From Phoronis australis (lineage: Eukaryota; Animalia; Phoronida): a stretch of DNA of 64,000 nucleotides. The notes beneath the pieces are model-generated. The model was not told where the DNA came from. It searched no databases and saw nothing but the letters and a program-made list of their open reading frames with translations. A program made the translations under genes and the position numbers. Below are positions 25,539 to 37,315 of the stretch, piece after piece. Position 1 is the first letter of the stretch; every line of letters starts with the position of its first letter. Where the stretch lies: positions 85,007 through 149,006 of the forward strand of contig NMRA01000635.1 of the NCBI GenBank assembly GCA_002633005.1, given 5' to 3'.

Positions 25539-25894
25539 GTCAGGGCAGAAGCTGTACATTGACAATCATTATTTGAATAATGTAAATATAAATAAAGATT
25601 CCCCTAACACCTGCCCGTGGGATGGAAATCGAGTTGTTTCACAACAGTTTCTGCCATCTATCACTAAATTAGCATGAGCTCACACGGCCTCGGTGTCCCG
25701 TCAATTAGTTTTATTGCACTTAAAGCCGGTAACGCAGGGATTTATTCATTGCTGGCTTCTCAAATCATGTTTGCACTCAGGAACACTCCAAAGGCATTAC
25801 AAATTGCATCTAATGAGACAGACTTTGTTTCAGTATATTGGTTAGGGTGAGAATAATTCATTTTGAAACAGAACGCTCAGTGATAAACGTCAAC

Positions 25895-26090
25895 ATGGCA
25901 ACTCGCAATCCCCCGCGACTTAGACGAGAGCTCATCAGTCCCGACGAAGACTTCGCAGGTGGATCTTTAGGTTTCACAGGCTATCAGTTCGAACAGGAAT
26001 ACAGTGATGAAGAAATACTAAAGAGGCGCCGTGAACAAGCTCAGACAACGGAGCGTAGGGATAGTTATTTGGCAAGCTGGGATTCGTCAG
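25895..26090 (+). pseudogene. KolX-like N-terminal stub
   Basis: GYQFEQEYSDEE..RR...W parallels GYMFEPEYNEAE..RRGDTSW of the larger Kolobok; convergent with the THAP stub. Confidence 0.65.
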
Positions 26091-26094
26091 GCAC

Positions 26095-26298
26095 TCACGC
26101 GGCTGTCGACCACTGCAGGCCACAGACAAGGAGATGTTCCACGGCCTCATACTTGCTATTTACAGCGTACTTTTCATTCTTCACTACTGCGATCCACTTC
26201 CTAAACATTTCGGACTCTCGAGGAAGTCGAAAAAACGATATTCCCGCTTTCCTCGCAGCTGCATAGCTCGCACAAGCGGGAACAATGCACCGCAACAT
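26095..26298 (-). pseudogene. THAP zinc-finger stub of a Kolobok transposase
   Basis: MLRCIVPACASY..GISFFRLP..RKWIAVVK..VCG; the final His of the C2CH motif is replaced (GLQW) at the deletion junction. Confidence 0.75.
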
Positions 26299-28077
26299 AG
26301 CGACATTCACTCTCATTTAGTGCAGATGAACCACTAGCGTCGCTAGCGTCGTTTCTCACCTTCCTCACAGGTTAACAAGACACCTCTTGGCAAGATAAGG
26401 TCGACCGTGTGCGAGGCGATGTGCATGGATATAAACCAATTAATAAGGCAAAAAAGACTAATTAAATCGGGTGGCATTCTCCTATTATTCAGTTCAAGTT
26501 TTTCAATGGTCCATAGGCGGTGCACTGCAGGGAGGCTGAGGGGGCTTTAGCCCCCACTTTTTTCAGTGCTGCGCCCTCTATACACCTCCGACATGACACT
26601 GCCAACTACACGAGGGGAAGTTGAGATTTCAAATTCATCAAAGAACACAAAACATTCGTGCACAGCACAGGAGCTGTCTTGTAAGAAATGGCGATGCGTC
26701 ACTGAACTTAGTTGAAGGCTGAAGGACTGACTTGCAAAAATTCGAACCATCATCAGACCACCATATCGCAAAGAAGGACTCTAAACGACAACAGTGATAT
26801 TCATGAATATATTGAATTTTAAAAAAACTAGACTAAAGAAATAAAAAAATTTACAAACCGTAGATCGGATCGAAAAAGAAATTCAAGTCATTGCTCGTAA
26901 ATTTGGAAAGATTGTCTTTGCATTTCCTTGATGCTTGTAGTTCCCAGTAGTATTGTGCAATGAATTTAGGTTCTTCTAAACCGAATCGTTTGCTTGACAT
27001 TCCCGTGCATACTGCAAAGGCTGGACACGTTGTGACTCAGTGACGCACCCACGTTAAAAATAAGGTGTTGGCTGTCCGCGTAGAATCCGCGCACAGTGAT
27101 TGACGGGAAAAGAACTTGAACTGCAGGAGTTGAAGTGTGTGCATTTTTGGGACACGCGTTCCATAGCATTTTCCCCAGCCGCTCGGCGGCAGAAGTTGGA
27201 CCAGTGGCTGTGTTTCAACAGCTCTATAGACCAAGGATTTCGAGATCATATTTTTCAAAAAAATCTTCAGGAAATGACCGTATTAAAATAAACTTTTCCC
27301 GAAACTGGGTCAAACAGAACGACCTTGGCAGAGCCAGAACACGGGTACAGGTTCGAGCTAAGCCGCACGTCTCAAATGAATCATAGCGGAGCTGACCAGC
27401 GACTAGCATTAGTTCGTCGAATTGCGCATGCATGGATCGGACTTCCCAGCGACTCGGACGCCACGACATCTGCCACCCGTGGCGGGAGCAGCTTATTTAT
27501 TGACTAACACTTGCTTCTAAATCTGGATTTAAGCAAAATGACAAAGTCCACGCTTACACATATGCAAGCGCATCCAAATACAATTAAATGTATTTTCATG
27601 TGAAACCATTCAATGTTCTTTGAACATTGACTTGTGTGAGTTCTTAATTTTCTTAGATCTGCCCAATCAGGTAGAACCGCGTTTCAAGTCATTCGCTATA
27701 GGCACCGGAGGGTTCAAATTGGAAGTTCGCGTCATATGACGTCATGTGACGTAGGAGATGCGAGCCTCATTTGCATATATAAGTGACATCTGTTGCTTCA
27801 AAAAAGAGGATCATGCCCGAGCACATGCCTGGGAAGAGGCATCTTTTTAAGGGTAAAACAAGTCNAGCTTATTAACACGCAAAATCAGTCCAGGATCACC
27901 TGTGGTTGACTTGCAGACAAACTGTTCAGTAATTTCAGAATATTTGTGAGAAAAACATCAACAATCTTCAAGCTATTTCTCCAACTGCTCATTCCTGACG
28001 CCATTTTAGTTTGAATTCAGAAATCTGGTTCAACTGAAATTTCTACAGTTACAGCCAATCAGGGTGTTTGTTTATCT

Positions 28078-28380
28078 CAGATTCTCACTGAATTCTCACT
28101 CCAATTTTGGCAAGTCCAAATTCTCACTCAATTCTCACTCAGATTTTTCCTAAGTCTGAAATTCTCACTGATTCTCACTCAGAATTTTTCTAAGACCAAA
28201 ATTCTCACTGGATTCTCACTGTTACATAACATTTTCTCACTCATTCTCACTGACTGCCCCTGTTGTTCAATTCCCACTGGGTTCTCACTGGCATTTCTAA
28301 CTATAATTGGTGATTTAGTGAGAATCTAACTGGAATATAACTGGAATCCAGTGAGATTCTCACTTTCTTTTTCGTATGGG
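28078..28380. repeat. Array of ATTCTCACT(G/C) motifs ending in an EnSpm/CACTA-like terminus
   Basis: About 12 ATTCTCACT motifs, some inverted; ends TTTTTCGTATGGG. The partner end was not found. Confidence 0.5.
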
Positions 28381-29433
28381 TCATGTTCAAAGCATCCTAG
28401 TGCCATTAATATGCAGTCTTTGGGGACCAAAGTGGTGTCATTTTATAGCTAAAGAGTTAAGCTTTCGAACACAAAGCTTGGATTCCAGACGACTTTAACA
28501 TTTACTTTTGAAATCACTTTCGAATATCCGTTAAAATGCGCTAAAACAGTTGTCCCTTCCTGGTTATCTCTTCCTGATCTTAGTTGTCTTCACAGGTGTT
28601 CCATTACAAATACAAGCTAACTATTGGAATTGGAGCATTTCTGAAAATAGCAGTTTTCCGGTTAGTGTTCTACTCCTGGAGTAAAGTAGTTTGGCATGCA
28701 CTGGGCCATAGGCGATGTTTTTAAGAGTCATTGACATCTAATTTAGTCACTAGTGTGTTGTTTCTAGATGTTTCAATGTAGCTTAGTTGTATATTAAAAG
28801 AATAATCCAATTGATTTTTTTAACTCTGATCAGCATTATAAATCACCAAGTTTATCGATACCCAAAGTAGTTTATCTTCAATCGTACCTAATGTTTGTAG
28901 TTTTTAGCTTACCGGTAATAGTTCTTCGATTTTTTAAAATCGAAGACCAAACTTTGTTACTTTTTTAGTAAAGCAGCGGTATTTGTTTTTAACAAAAACT
29001 GTTGGTTAATACATTTTGAAAATTTACCAGTGAACAGTTACAGAGGTTTACTACAGATTATGGTCGGGTAACTACACTTTAATTGGGTCTTACTCGCACC
29101 GGACAATGCAGTCATCGCAACTAAGTCCGACTATGGTGCCGCGCTCTCTTTGATCAGAAAGATGAGCGTTGAAAAGGCACGCATATTTTTAGAAATGCTT
29201 GGCTTTTGTGACTCATGTAAGCGTTTTATTTGCAACATGAGCTGTTAGTATAGGATATCATCACATGGAATTAAGCTTTGTATCAAACAAGCTTGATTAG
29301 ATGTTTATTCATCCAGGACTCTCAACGAGAATGAAAGTGAGTTCCAAGCAGACTGACGTTCATTTGAAGTGACACTCCTCAACATTTTGGTCAAAAGAAA
29401 GTGACACGGTTTGAACAGTTATGAAACACTTAT

Positions 29434-30500
29434 TGTAATATAACAAGGCTATGCCCTCCATGTGCAATAAATTTCAGGGGATATGCTACCTCTCTGGTAG
29501 TTAAATCCAGGAATAGTACTCTGATGTTGAAAACCCAGGAATAGTGGCAGTTATGCAATAATACAGGAATAGTGGCAGCTATGCAAGAATTTTGAGTTAT
29601 AGCGAGATGGACATATATGTACATGCAGAGTGGGTCCATCGCGTNTCGTATCGTATCTTATCGTATCATATCATAAATAAAGTTTTATGAGCCAATGTTA
29701 CGGTATTATTATTATACGCGTATAAACCGCTGGGTCAACAACAACAACAAGAGAGACATCTAATGTGCGTGTGACTGTACGCTACAGACATATATGTACA
29801 TGCAGAGTGGGTCCATCGCGTGGTCAGTTAGTTCGTTATATTCAGCTCGTCATAGAGAGATGGACATATATGTACATGCAGAGTGGGTCCATCGCGTGGT
29901 CAGTTAGTTCGTTATATTCAGCTCGTCATAGAGAGATAGACATATATGTACATACAGAGTGGGTCCATCGTGTGATGCCACTTAGTTTAGTATTTAAAGC
30001 ACTGGCTCTCGAGACCAGGGCAGACTGGATCCACCTTAGATCAAAACTTCAGACTACGGGGCACGACTCCAGAGCTGAAAGACAACTTCAGACTTCTAAG
30101 ACGAAGCCGGGGCCAGACGAACAACTTCTGTGACCAAAGAGTCAAGGGGAAAAGGACAACTGAGGTATAGACATTTATTACGGGCGTTGGTCTCAGCCTG
30201 TTAGTCAATTTGAACCGGCTAGTGATTGTTCTGGAGGGTTAGTTCTGTTGTGACTTGTTTTGTGTTAACGTGTGCGGTAGCTACGGGAACCAGTGGCACT
30301 GTTGATTAGTAGTTTTCTAGTAGGGATATCTTGTCTCAATCAGTTAGTCGCCAGTCTCACAACTTATTGTAATCTTTAATTTGTAAATCACAACCCTGCA
30401 AATTAATAGACGAATTCTATTGTTAAAGTATTCCTGTGTTGTTTTACTTATTGCCACGTGCGCGCCATTTATCGGCCACAAGACGCATTGATATATCACA
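29434..30500 (+). mobile_element. Solo LTR (Gypsy-like, 4-bp TSD)
   Basis: TGTAATATA...TATATCACA ends; TTAT on both flanks; internal ~21-bp and 76-bp tandem repeats; TATA-like TATTTAAA at 29991. Confidence 0.72.
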
Positions 30501-30562
30501 TTATGCGTCAGCGTCATGGCTTGAACTGATATTCAGTGTGCTTCACGGATACCATGTACTTC

Positions 30563-32250
30563 AACATGAGCAATGCAGAGCGTTCAAATGCACCCACGAA
30601 TGTATCGCAAACAGTGTGCTTCTAGGATTGTTTATTTGTATCAATAGATGGCGCAAAAATGTTGAATCCAACCGAAAACAAGAACATGCCATCATTTCTT
30701 TAATAGAAAGCTATTTACCAATTAAATCTCATAAAAACCTGTCAAGTAACTTGAGAAAAACAAGGGAAAACAGAAAAAAATAAATAAAATTTCCACTAGG
30801 AGGCGTTCGTTGGATCCGCCTGAAAGTCGTCATCGTCTGCTCTTAGTTTCATATAAATAGAGTTACTAAATTTAATAAAGATCGTGCAGTGGGTTTAGGA
30901 GATACAGCTAAGGGCACAAAACAAAACAAAACTACCACTAAGAGGTGCCACAGTAGTTGAATGAAGTCATCATCATCATCAACCGTCCTCTTCATACTGA
31001 GAACATATACGCCAATTTTCAAACTCATCCTTAGAATGGTTTGGTTGATAGAGCGGTGGATGCCAAAAAACAGACTCGAAAACAGCAAAAATGGCCATCC
31101 GAAAACGAGAAGATAGCGTCACTCACCAATAGATCCCTATATTCCATATCTTATGAAAACCCATTGCGGACCTTTGAAGAAATAGAGGAAAACGTAAAAA
31201 ACTGAAATTACCACTAGAGGGCACATCGGTAGTCAGATCCGTCCGAAAGTCGTCGTCATCTGTTGTCAACATCATATAAATACAATCACGAGATTTAATA
31301 AAGATCCTGCACACGGTTTAGTATACAGCCATGGGTGTAAAACAACAAAACTGCCACTAGGAGCCGCCACAGTAGTTGAATTCGTCGGAAAATCATCGTC
31401 AGTCATCCTCCTCATACTAAGAACATACATGCCAATTTTCACAATCATCCTTAGAGTGGTTTGGTTGATAGAGGGGTCGACGTCAAAAAACAGACTCGAA
31501 ACTAGGAAGCGCAAACTAATGCTGAATCCATCCGAAAACGGGAGGATAGCATCATATCACTAATAGATGCCTTTATGTCAAATTTTATGAAAATACATTG
31601 AGGACCTTTGAAGATACAGAGGTAATGTAAAAAACTAAAACTGCCACTAGGGGGCACACCAGTAGTCCACTCCATCCAAAAAGAGTCGCCATCTGTTGCC
31701 AACATCATACAAATACACTTGCTAAATTTATTAAAGATCCTGCAAAGGGTTTAGGAAATACAGCCATAGGCACAAAAAACAAAACTGCCACTAGGAGGCC
31801 CAACAGTAGTCGAAGTTGTTGGAAAATCATCGTCAGCCCCCTCTTCACAGTAAAAACATACATGCCAATTTTCGCAATCATCCATAAAGTGGTTTGGTTG
31901 ATAGAGGGCTGGATGCCATAAAACAAGACTCGAAAACAGTAAAAATGGCCACTAGATGGCGCAAACTACGCCTAATCCATAGCATCATCTCAATAGACGC
32001 TTATCTGCCAAATTTTATAAAAATACGTAGACGACTTTTGAAGATACAGACGCAAACATAACATTAAAATTGCCACTAGGGTAGTCGAATCCATCTGAAA
32101 GTTCGCCCATGCCGTCCCATCCATGAAAGGAATACAAGTAAAATTTCATGACCATACGTCAAAGGCTTTTGGAGATAGAGCAGCGGACGCCGGACAGACG
32201 GACGGGGATGACAGCATATTGCGTCCACATATAAACATGTGAGCGCATAA
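30563..32250 (-). mobile_element. HINE-type element, copy 3
   Basis: Same terminal boxes; monomer landmark GTTGATAGAG recurs near 31044, 31464 and 31897. Confidence 0.8.
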
Positions 32251-32970
32251 CTAGAGTGAACTAAAGATTACAAATCCGATTAACAAGGCATAATTTTTCA
32301 ATAAGTGCAAAAATACACCTCTCAGCAACCCGCCATACTTGTAAGGAAATCTATAACCATGACCCAGGTCAAGAAAATGGATCAACCCAACATATTTGTA
32401 GGGAAATCTATAACCATGGATCAACTGGTAATCGTTTTCAGTGGCGGATTTAGGGGGGGGGCCAAGGGGACCATGGCCCCCCTCAAATTCTACCAGATAC
32501 CATTTGGGAGTTCAGGTGCGAATTGCTGACTAGCACATGCGCGCAACCAGGGAGGCTCGGGGGGGTGAATAAACAATACATAGGCCCTGAACTACCCCGT
32601 TACCGTTTTTTATTGTTCTTTAGTCAACAGGTCTGCGAAATTTTATAGGCGACTAGTACACTACGGTGCTGTAGAAGTATGACTGGATCGGAGCTGCTGA
32701 ATTTTTATAATTTATAAAGTTTTCAAGGGACTTATACAGACAATTTGAGACGATACAATATTTCTCACGACTTCAGAAGGTATCTCATCTGTTCATATGG
32801 ATCTCATTTTGATTGTTTCTGGCTTGTTAGTCCAGTTTTAGTTGCGGTCAACACCCACTCGTTTTTATTCAATATGGCGTCTGCCTGTGCTTGTGGGACC
32901 GTTTTGTGACTTAATGGCTTCTGAAGATACACTGTCTTTTCTTGTATTAGTCGTGACCAGCGTGTACATC

Positions 32971-35708
32971 ATGTCTGGCCCAAACCTGAATCTTAGACTA
33001 CCCAGTGGTCTGAAACTATGCTCGTGGAATGTTAGAAGTCTTTATAATAAATTACCGGAAGTTGCTGTTGATATAAACAATTGGTTCCTGGATGTTATCT
33101 GTCTCCAAGAGACTTCGCTATCTTGCGACATTGCAAACGAAGAAATTGGAATCTGTGATTACAATGTGGAACACCTAGACAGACAAAACGGTACTCGTTA
33201 TGGTGGCGTATGCACGTATGTCAGAAGCAGCCTTGCCTACATTAGAAGACACGACTTAGAGTTAAACGATTTGGAACTTCTGTGTGTTCAACTAAGGATG
33301 TCAGTCCTTTAATTATTCTCAATTTCTACAGACCCCCTGCTCATACAAATTGGCTTGAAAGCTTTGAGTCTGTGGTTAGCAGGTGTGGCTATGAGGTGGT
33401 TATCGCTGGTGATCTTAATGTTGATTGGAATGATGAAATTTCAAAGCCCCTCAAAGATGTGATTCAAGGTTTGAATCTCCATCAGGTGGTAACGGAGCCT
33501 ACACGTGTGTCAGACTCTGCCTCACTGATTGATCATGTTTATGTTTCTGCTCTGGAGTTTGTGAGATCAGTAAAAGTGGTAAAAATGGGTTAAGTGATCA
33601 CTACCCTGTATGCGTAGCCAGGAAAAGGCATTTTGGCACCAAATTTCATCATGAGTGTGTGACCTGTAGATCGTTTAAAAACTTTGATGACCAGGCCTTT
33701 AAATCGGATCTTGCTCTTGCTCCATGGTCAGTCATCGAAGCCTATGATGACATTGATGATGCTCTTGATGCATGGTACAAGTTATTAAACAGTGTTTTAG
33801 ACGAACATGCTCCATGGAAAACTAGACGTGTGAAGAGATTACGTCAGCCTCAATGGTTCAGTGATGACATTTTTGAAGCTATAAAGCTCACGGACAGTTT
33901 ACGTAAGTGCGGAAATTATGAGGGCTACAAATCAGAGCGAAATTGTGTTGTAACAATGATTAAAAAGGCTAAGAGTGACTATTACTCTTCACTGATCAGT
34001 AGTTATCTCAAAAATTCCAAAGTGTTATGGAAAGTCATCAGACAAGTTGCTCCTAAAGAAAAATCCTCATCACCTGCCATAATAAGGATTGATGAGAAGT
34101 GTGTTCATGATAAATTTCAGATTGCCAATAATTTTAACAAATTTTTTACTGACATAGCTAGCAAACTTACTCGTGATCTTAAAGATACACACGCCACTCA
34201 TAAAGATTTAATTGACTTTGTTAGTTCCAGAGTTGAAAGTGACATTGGTTATGATATTCCTCTGGTCAATATGGAATTTGTAAATAAGTTCTTAAATGGT
34301 CTTAATCTTAATAAAGCCACTGGAATGGATGTCAGCTCCAAAGTTTTGAAACTTGCTCATAAGGAGCTGACACCATCCATCACCTATCTTTTAAACCATA
34401 GCATTAAAACATCCAAGTTTCCTAGTTTGTGAAAACTTGCAAAAGTATCCCCTTTACACAAAGGCGGTGCTACTGACAGTGTAAACAATTACAGACCAAT
34501 TTCAATTTTACCGGTCTTGTTTAAATTGTTGGAAAAGCATGTTCACAATACCTTTTATTCATTTTTGACTGAGCATGATTTAGTAGTTGCATCTCAGTCC
34601 GGTTTCAGAAGTGACCACTCCTGTGAAACTTCCCTCATTAATAGATAGTGGTCACAACGTTGGTGTAGTATTTTTGGATTTTAAAAAAGCTTTTGATATC
34701 GTTGATCACAATATATTTCTAAGCAAATTGTTAATTTACAAGGTGGGCAAGGTCTCTCTAGACTGGTTTAAATCATATCTCTTTGAGAGGTGCCAGGTTG
34801 TATCTCTTGGTGGACATCTGTCTGAGTCCCGAGGTATCACACACGGTGTTCCCCAGGGATCCATCCTGGGACCTCTGCTGTTTTTACTTTTTATAAATGA
34901 TCTCTCTTTAGTCTGTGAAAACACGGTTGACATGTATGCAGATGATACTACTTTGTCTGTTGTGGTAAACCCGCTGATCACTGTAAAGGACAGACTCCAG
35001 TGTGATCTGGATAAGGTTGCTACCTGGTGTACTGATAATAAAATGATAATTAATGCTGAAAAAACAAAATGTACAAGTATTGCCACAGAGCAATGGCATA
35101 GTAGAAGTAATCTTGAGCTTAAACTTGCTATTTCTAATGTATGCCTCAAATATGTTGACTGTGAAAAGTTATTAGGTGTTACTGTAGACAAGACCCTCAA
35201 CTGGTCTATAGCCATATAAATGAGACTGTGTCCAAAATTAGGCAGCGCCTTGGTCTTCTCCGTATATCACCATTTCTTTCCACAGAAGGGCGTCTGCGAT
35301 ATTTCAGCGCTTGTATATTCCCTGTGTTTGTTTATTGTAGTACAGTGTGGTCAGGATGCAATGCAAAATTAGTTTCCTCTTTATTGAAGGCTCAAAATCA
35401 GGCGGCCAGACTTGTTCTAGTGTGCCTTTTGACACTCTGTCAACTCATACGTTTAATAGACTGGGGTGGCTCCCTATTGACAAATATTTTATATATAGGC
35501 GTCTCTGTATGATGCATAGGTGCTTTCACGGTAATGTACCGAATTATCTATCACGTAATCTCGTACTTGTTCGAAATAGCCACCAGATCAGGACAAGATG
35601 TTCTGCCTCAAACAATTTGGTTTTGCCCAGACACAGAACATCGTTTTATTCTAAGTCCTTCTTAATTCAGACCATCCAACAGTGGAACAGTTTGCCTAAT
35701 AGTCTTAA
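32971..35708 (+). pseudogene. LINE ORF2 (AP endonuclease + reverse transcriptase), frameshifted; C-terminus resumes at 37654-37711
   Basis: ORF-track pieces 32842-35751; joining across the Kolobok gives QWNSLPNSLK-DADCYNFRHHLITYLWSS*. Confidence 0.9.
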
Positions 35709-35973
35709 AGGCGAAGGCAACCTTTTTCCATGTCATTTTGAGCTAAAATAAGGTTGGTTGGTTATCCTAGACATATTTTTCACTTAATTACAGCTTTTCG
35801 TAATTTTATTAATTATTCGTCCGCTTTTCCGGAAGTGACGTTTTAGGAGGCAAGCGCTTCCCGCCAATTTCTTTTCACATAGTCTGACTGTGAGAGCTGC
35901 CGAGTCAGTCATTGTTCTACCTCGGTTGTGTTAAGTTCCGTCGTCGTTCGCTTTCATTTACTAGTCAGTCAAC

Positions 35974-36903
35974 ATGCCACACTGTTGCTGCGTACCGGGA
36001 TGTAGTAATTATCGGCTCACGCGCGCTTTGGGAGTGCCTTTGCATCGCTTTCCGATGGATGACACACTTCGCCGTACTTGGCTCGTTCGTGTGAAGAACG
36101 CAGCGTTACCCGTCCACGCAACGTACAAAGCAGTGGAGAATTACCGTGTGTGTGGCAAGCACTTTCTGCCGTCCGATTACGAAAGGGATTTGTACGCTGA
36201 ACTGATGAAGGTCCCCGCGAAACAACGCTTGAAGAAGGATGCCATTCCGTCTGTGTTGATTCCCGGCAGTGCCCCGTCGCCACCCCCGAGAAGTGCGTTT
36301 TTGAAGCGAGAAGCCTCGCGAGCTGTGGCCAGTACAGTGACTGGAGCCAGTGGAGGCACTTCATCTACTGTCACCCGTGCCTCCGAACGTACCCCAGAGC
36401 GTGCAATTCCTGGAACCAGTAGTGATTCGCCCTGTGCTGTTTTCTCCAGCCCAGAGCCTCTAAGCAGCCCTGCAGCGATATTGAGTAGTGGGAGTGATTA
36501 CAGGCCCAGTTCGACACCCAGTGAAGAGGACAGTTCGTCGTCCAGTGAACAGATCGGTGAGCCAAACTTTGATAAGTTTATTGTGGACTTGTCTAAAGTG
36601 TTGGAGCTATTTAGAAGGTGCCAGGTGTGTGGCGAGGGAGTCACACGACACAATGTAAGCAGTTTGGGTGCTCAGGTCACCATCCAGTGGGAGTGTGTCA
36701 CGGGACACTCTGGCAAGTGGGACAGTTGTTCCTCTGTCCGTGGTATGCCGGAGGTCCACTTAACCATGTCCAGTGGTGTGCTCTTCACTGGAAACACGTT
36801 TCAGTCGGTGAAGACAATGATGGACTTTGGAAAAGTCAAGTTTTTTTTCGAAAACAACATTCAACAACATTCAGAATTCCTATTTAATACCAGTTGTCAA
36901 TGA
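35974..36903 (+). CDS. Truncated Kolobok transposase: intact THAP domain, linker and zinc-binding region (309 aa ORF)
   Basis: MPHCCCVPGC..LHRFP..W..VCGKHF..LKKDAIPS; CQVC..C.TGH..W. After a frameshift in the T-run (~36841) the frame continues DSPGRSAKYTTYTLME..KIIDVEL, a Kolobok core motif, then breaks. Confidence 0.85.
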   Translation: MPHCCCVPGCSNYRLTRALGVPLHRFPMDDTLRRTWLVRVKNAALPVHATYKAVENYRVCGKHFLPSDYERDLYAELMKVPAKQRLKKDAIPSVLIPGSAPSPPPRSAFLKREASRAVASTVTGASGGTSSTVTRASERTPERAIPGTSSDSPCAVFSSPEPLSSPAAILSSGSDYRPSSTPSEEDSSSSSEQIGEPNFDKFIVDLSKVLELFRRCQVCGEGVTRHNVSSLGAQVTIQWECVTGHSGKWDSCSSVRGMPEVHLTMSSGVLFTGNTFQSVKTMMDFGKVKFFFENNIQQHSEFLFNTSCQ

Positions 36904-37003
36904 CGCATACATGTCACAACATCTCGAGTTGGTGGCGGAATTCATGGAGAAGGAGAACTTGTCTGACTCACCAGGGCGGTCCGCCAAGTATACCACATAC
37001 ACT

Positions 37004-37315
37004 CTAATGGAGGAAGAGACCAAAAAGATAATTGATGTGGAACTCGGAACAGCACAAGCATTCAATTGAGGTAGGCATAACAACGCACACAGTGCATTTG
37101 CACCAAGATGTGTCACCACGTCTGTCTTCAGTAGCCGCCTCGTTTCTCTCAACAGCTGCCTGTGCCTGTGTGTACTCTGCCTCGTTGTACTCGGGCTCAA
37201 ACATGTACCCACCCACTGAATGTCCGTGAAAAAATTCCTCGTCACCACTGCTGTGAACAAGGTCTCCGTCACTCACACTACTGTCACTGTGATACGGGTC
37301 ACCGACTCCAGCCAT
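37004..37315 (-). CDS. KolX (P2X7 C-terminal-like Cys-rich) N-terminal fragment
   Basis: GYMFEPEY..RRGDTSWCKCTVCVVMPTSIECLCCSE; oriented tail-to-tail with the transposase, as in Kolobok. Confidence 0.8.
   Translation of the reverse strand: MAGVGDPYHSDSSVSDGDLVHSSGDEEFFHGHSVGGYMFEPEYNEAEYTQAQAAVERNEAATEDRRGDTSWCKCTVCVVMPTSIECLCCSEFHINYLFGLFLH

Larger units (their letters stand above)
24553..26483 (-). mobile_element. Kolobok-derived element, family B copy 2 (inverted; carries nested MITE)
   Basis: TTAA-AGGAGCATGCCACCC...GGGTGGCATTCTCCT; reverse complement of copies 1 and 3; open THAP and KolX-like stubs. Confidence 0.85.
22833..28576. mobile_element. P-element-like TIR transposon (non-autonomous, spans a gap, holds nested elements)
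   Basis: TIR CAGGAAGA(GA)TAACCAGGAAGGGACAACT at both ends; 7-bp TSD ATCTTAG (22826-22832 and 28577-28583). P assignment is inferred from CA termini and TSD length. Confidence 0.7.
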
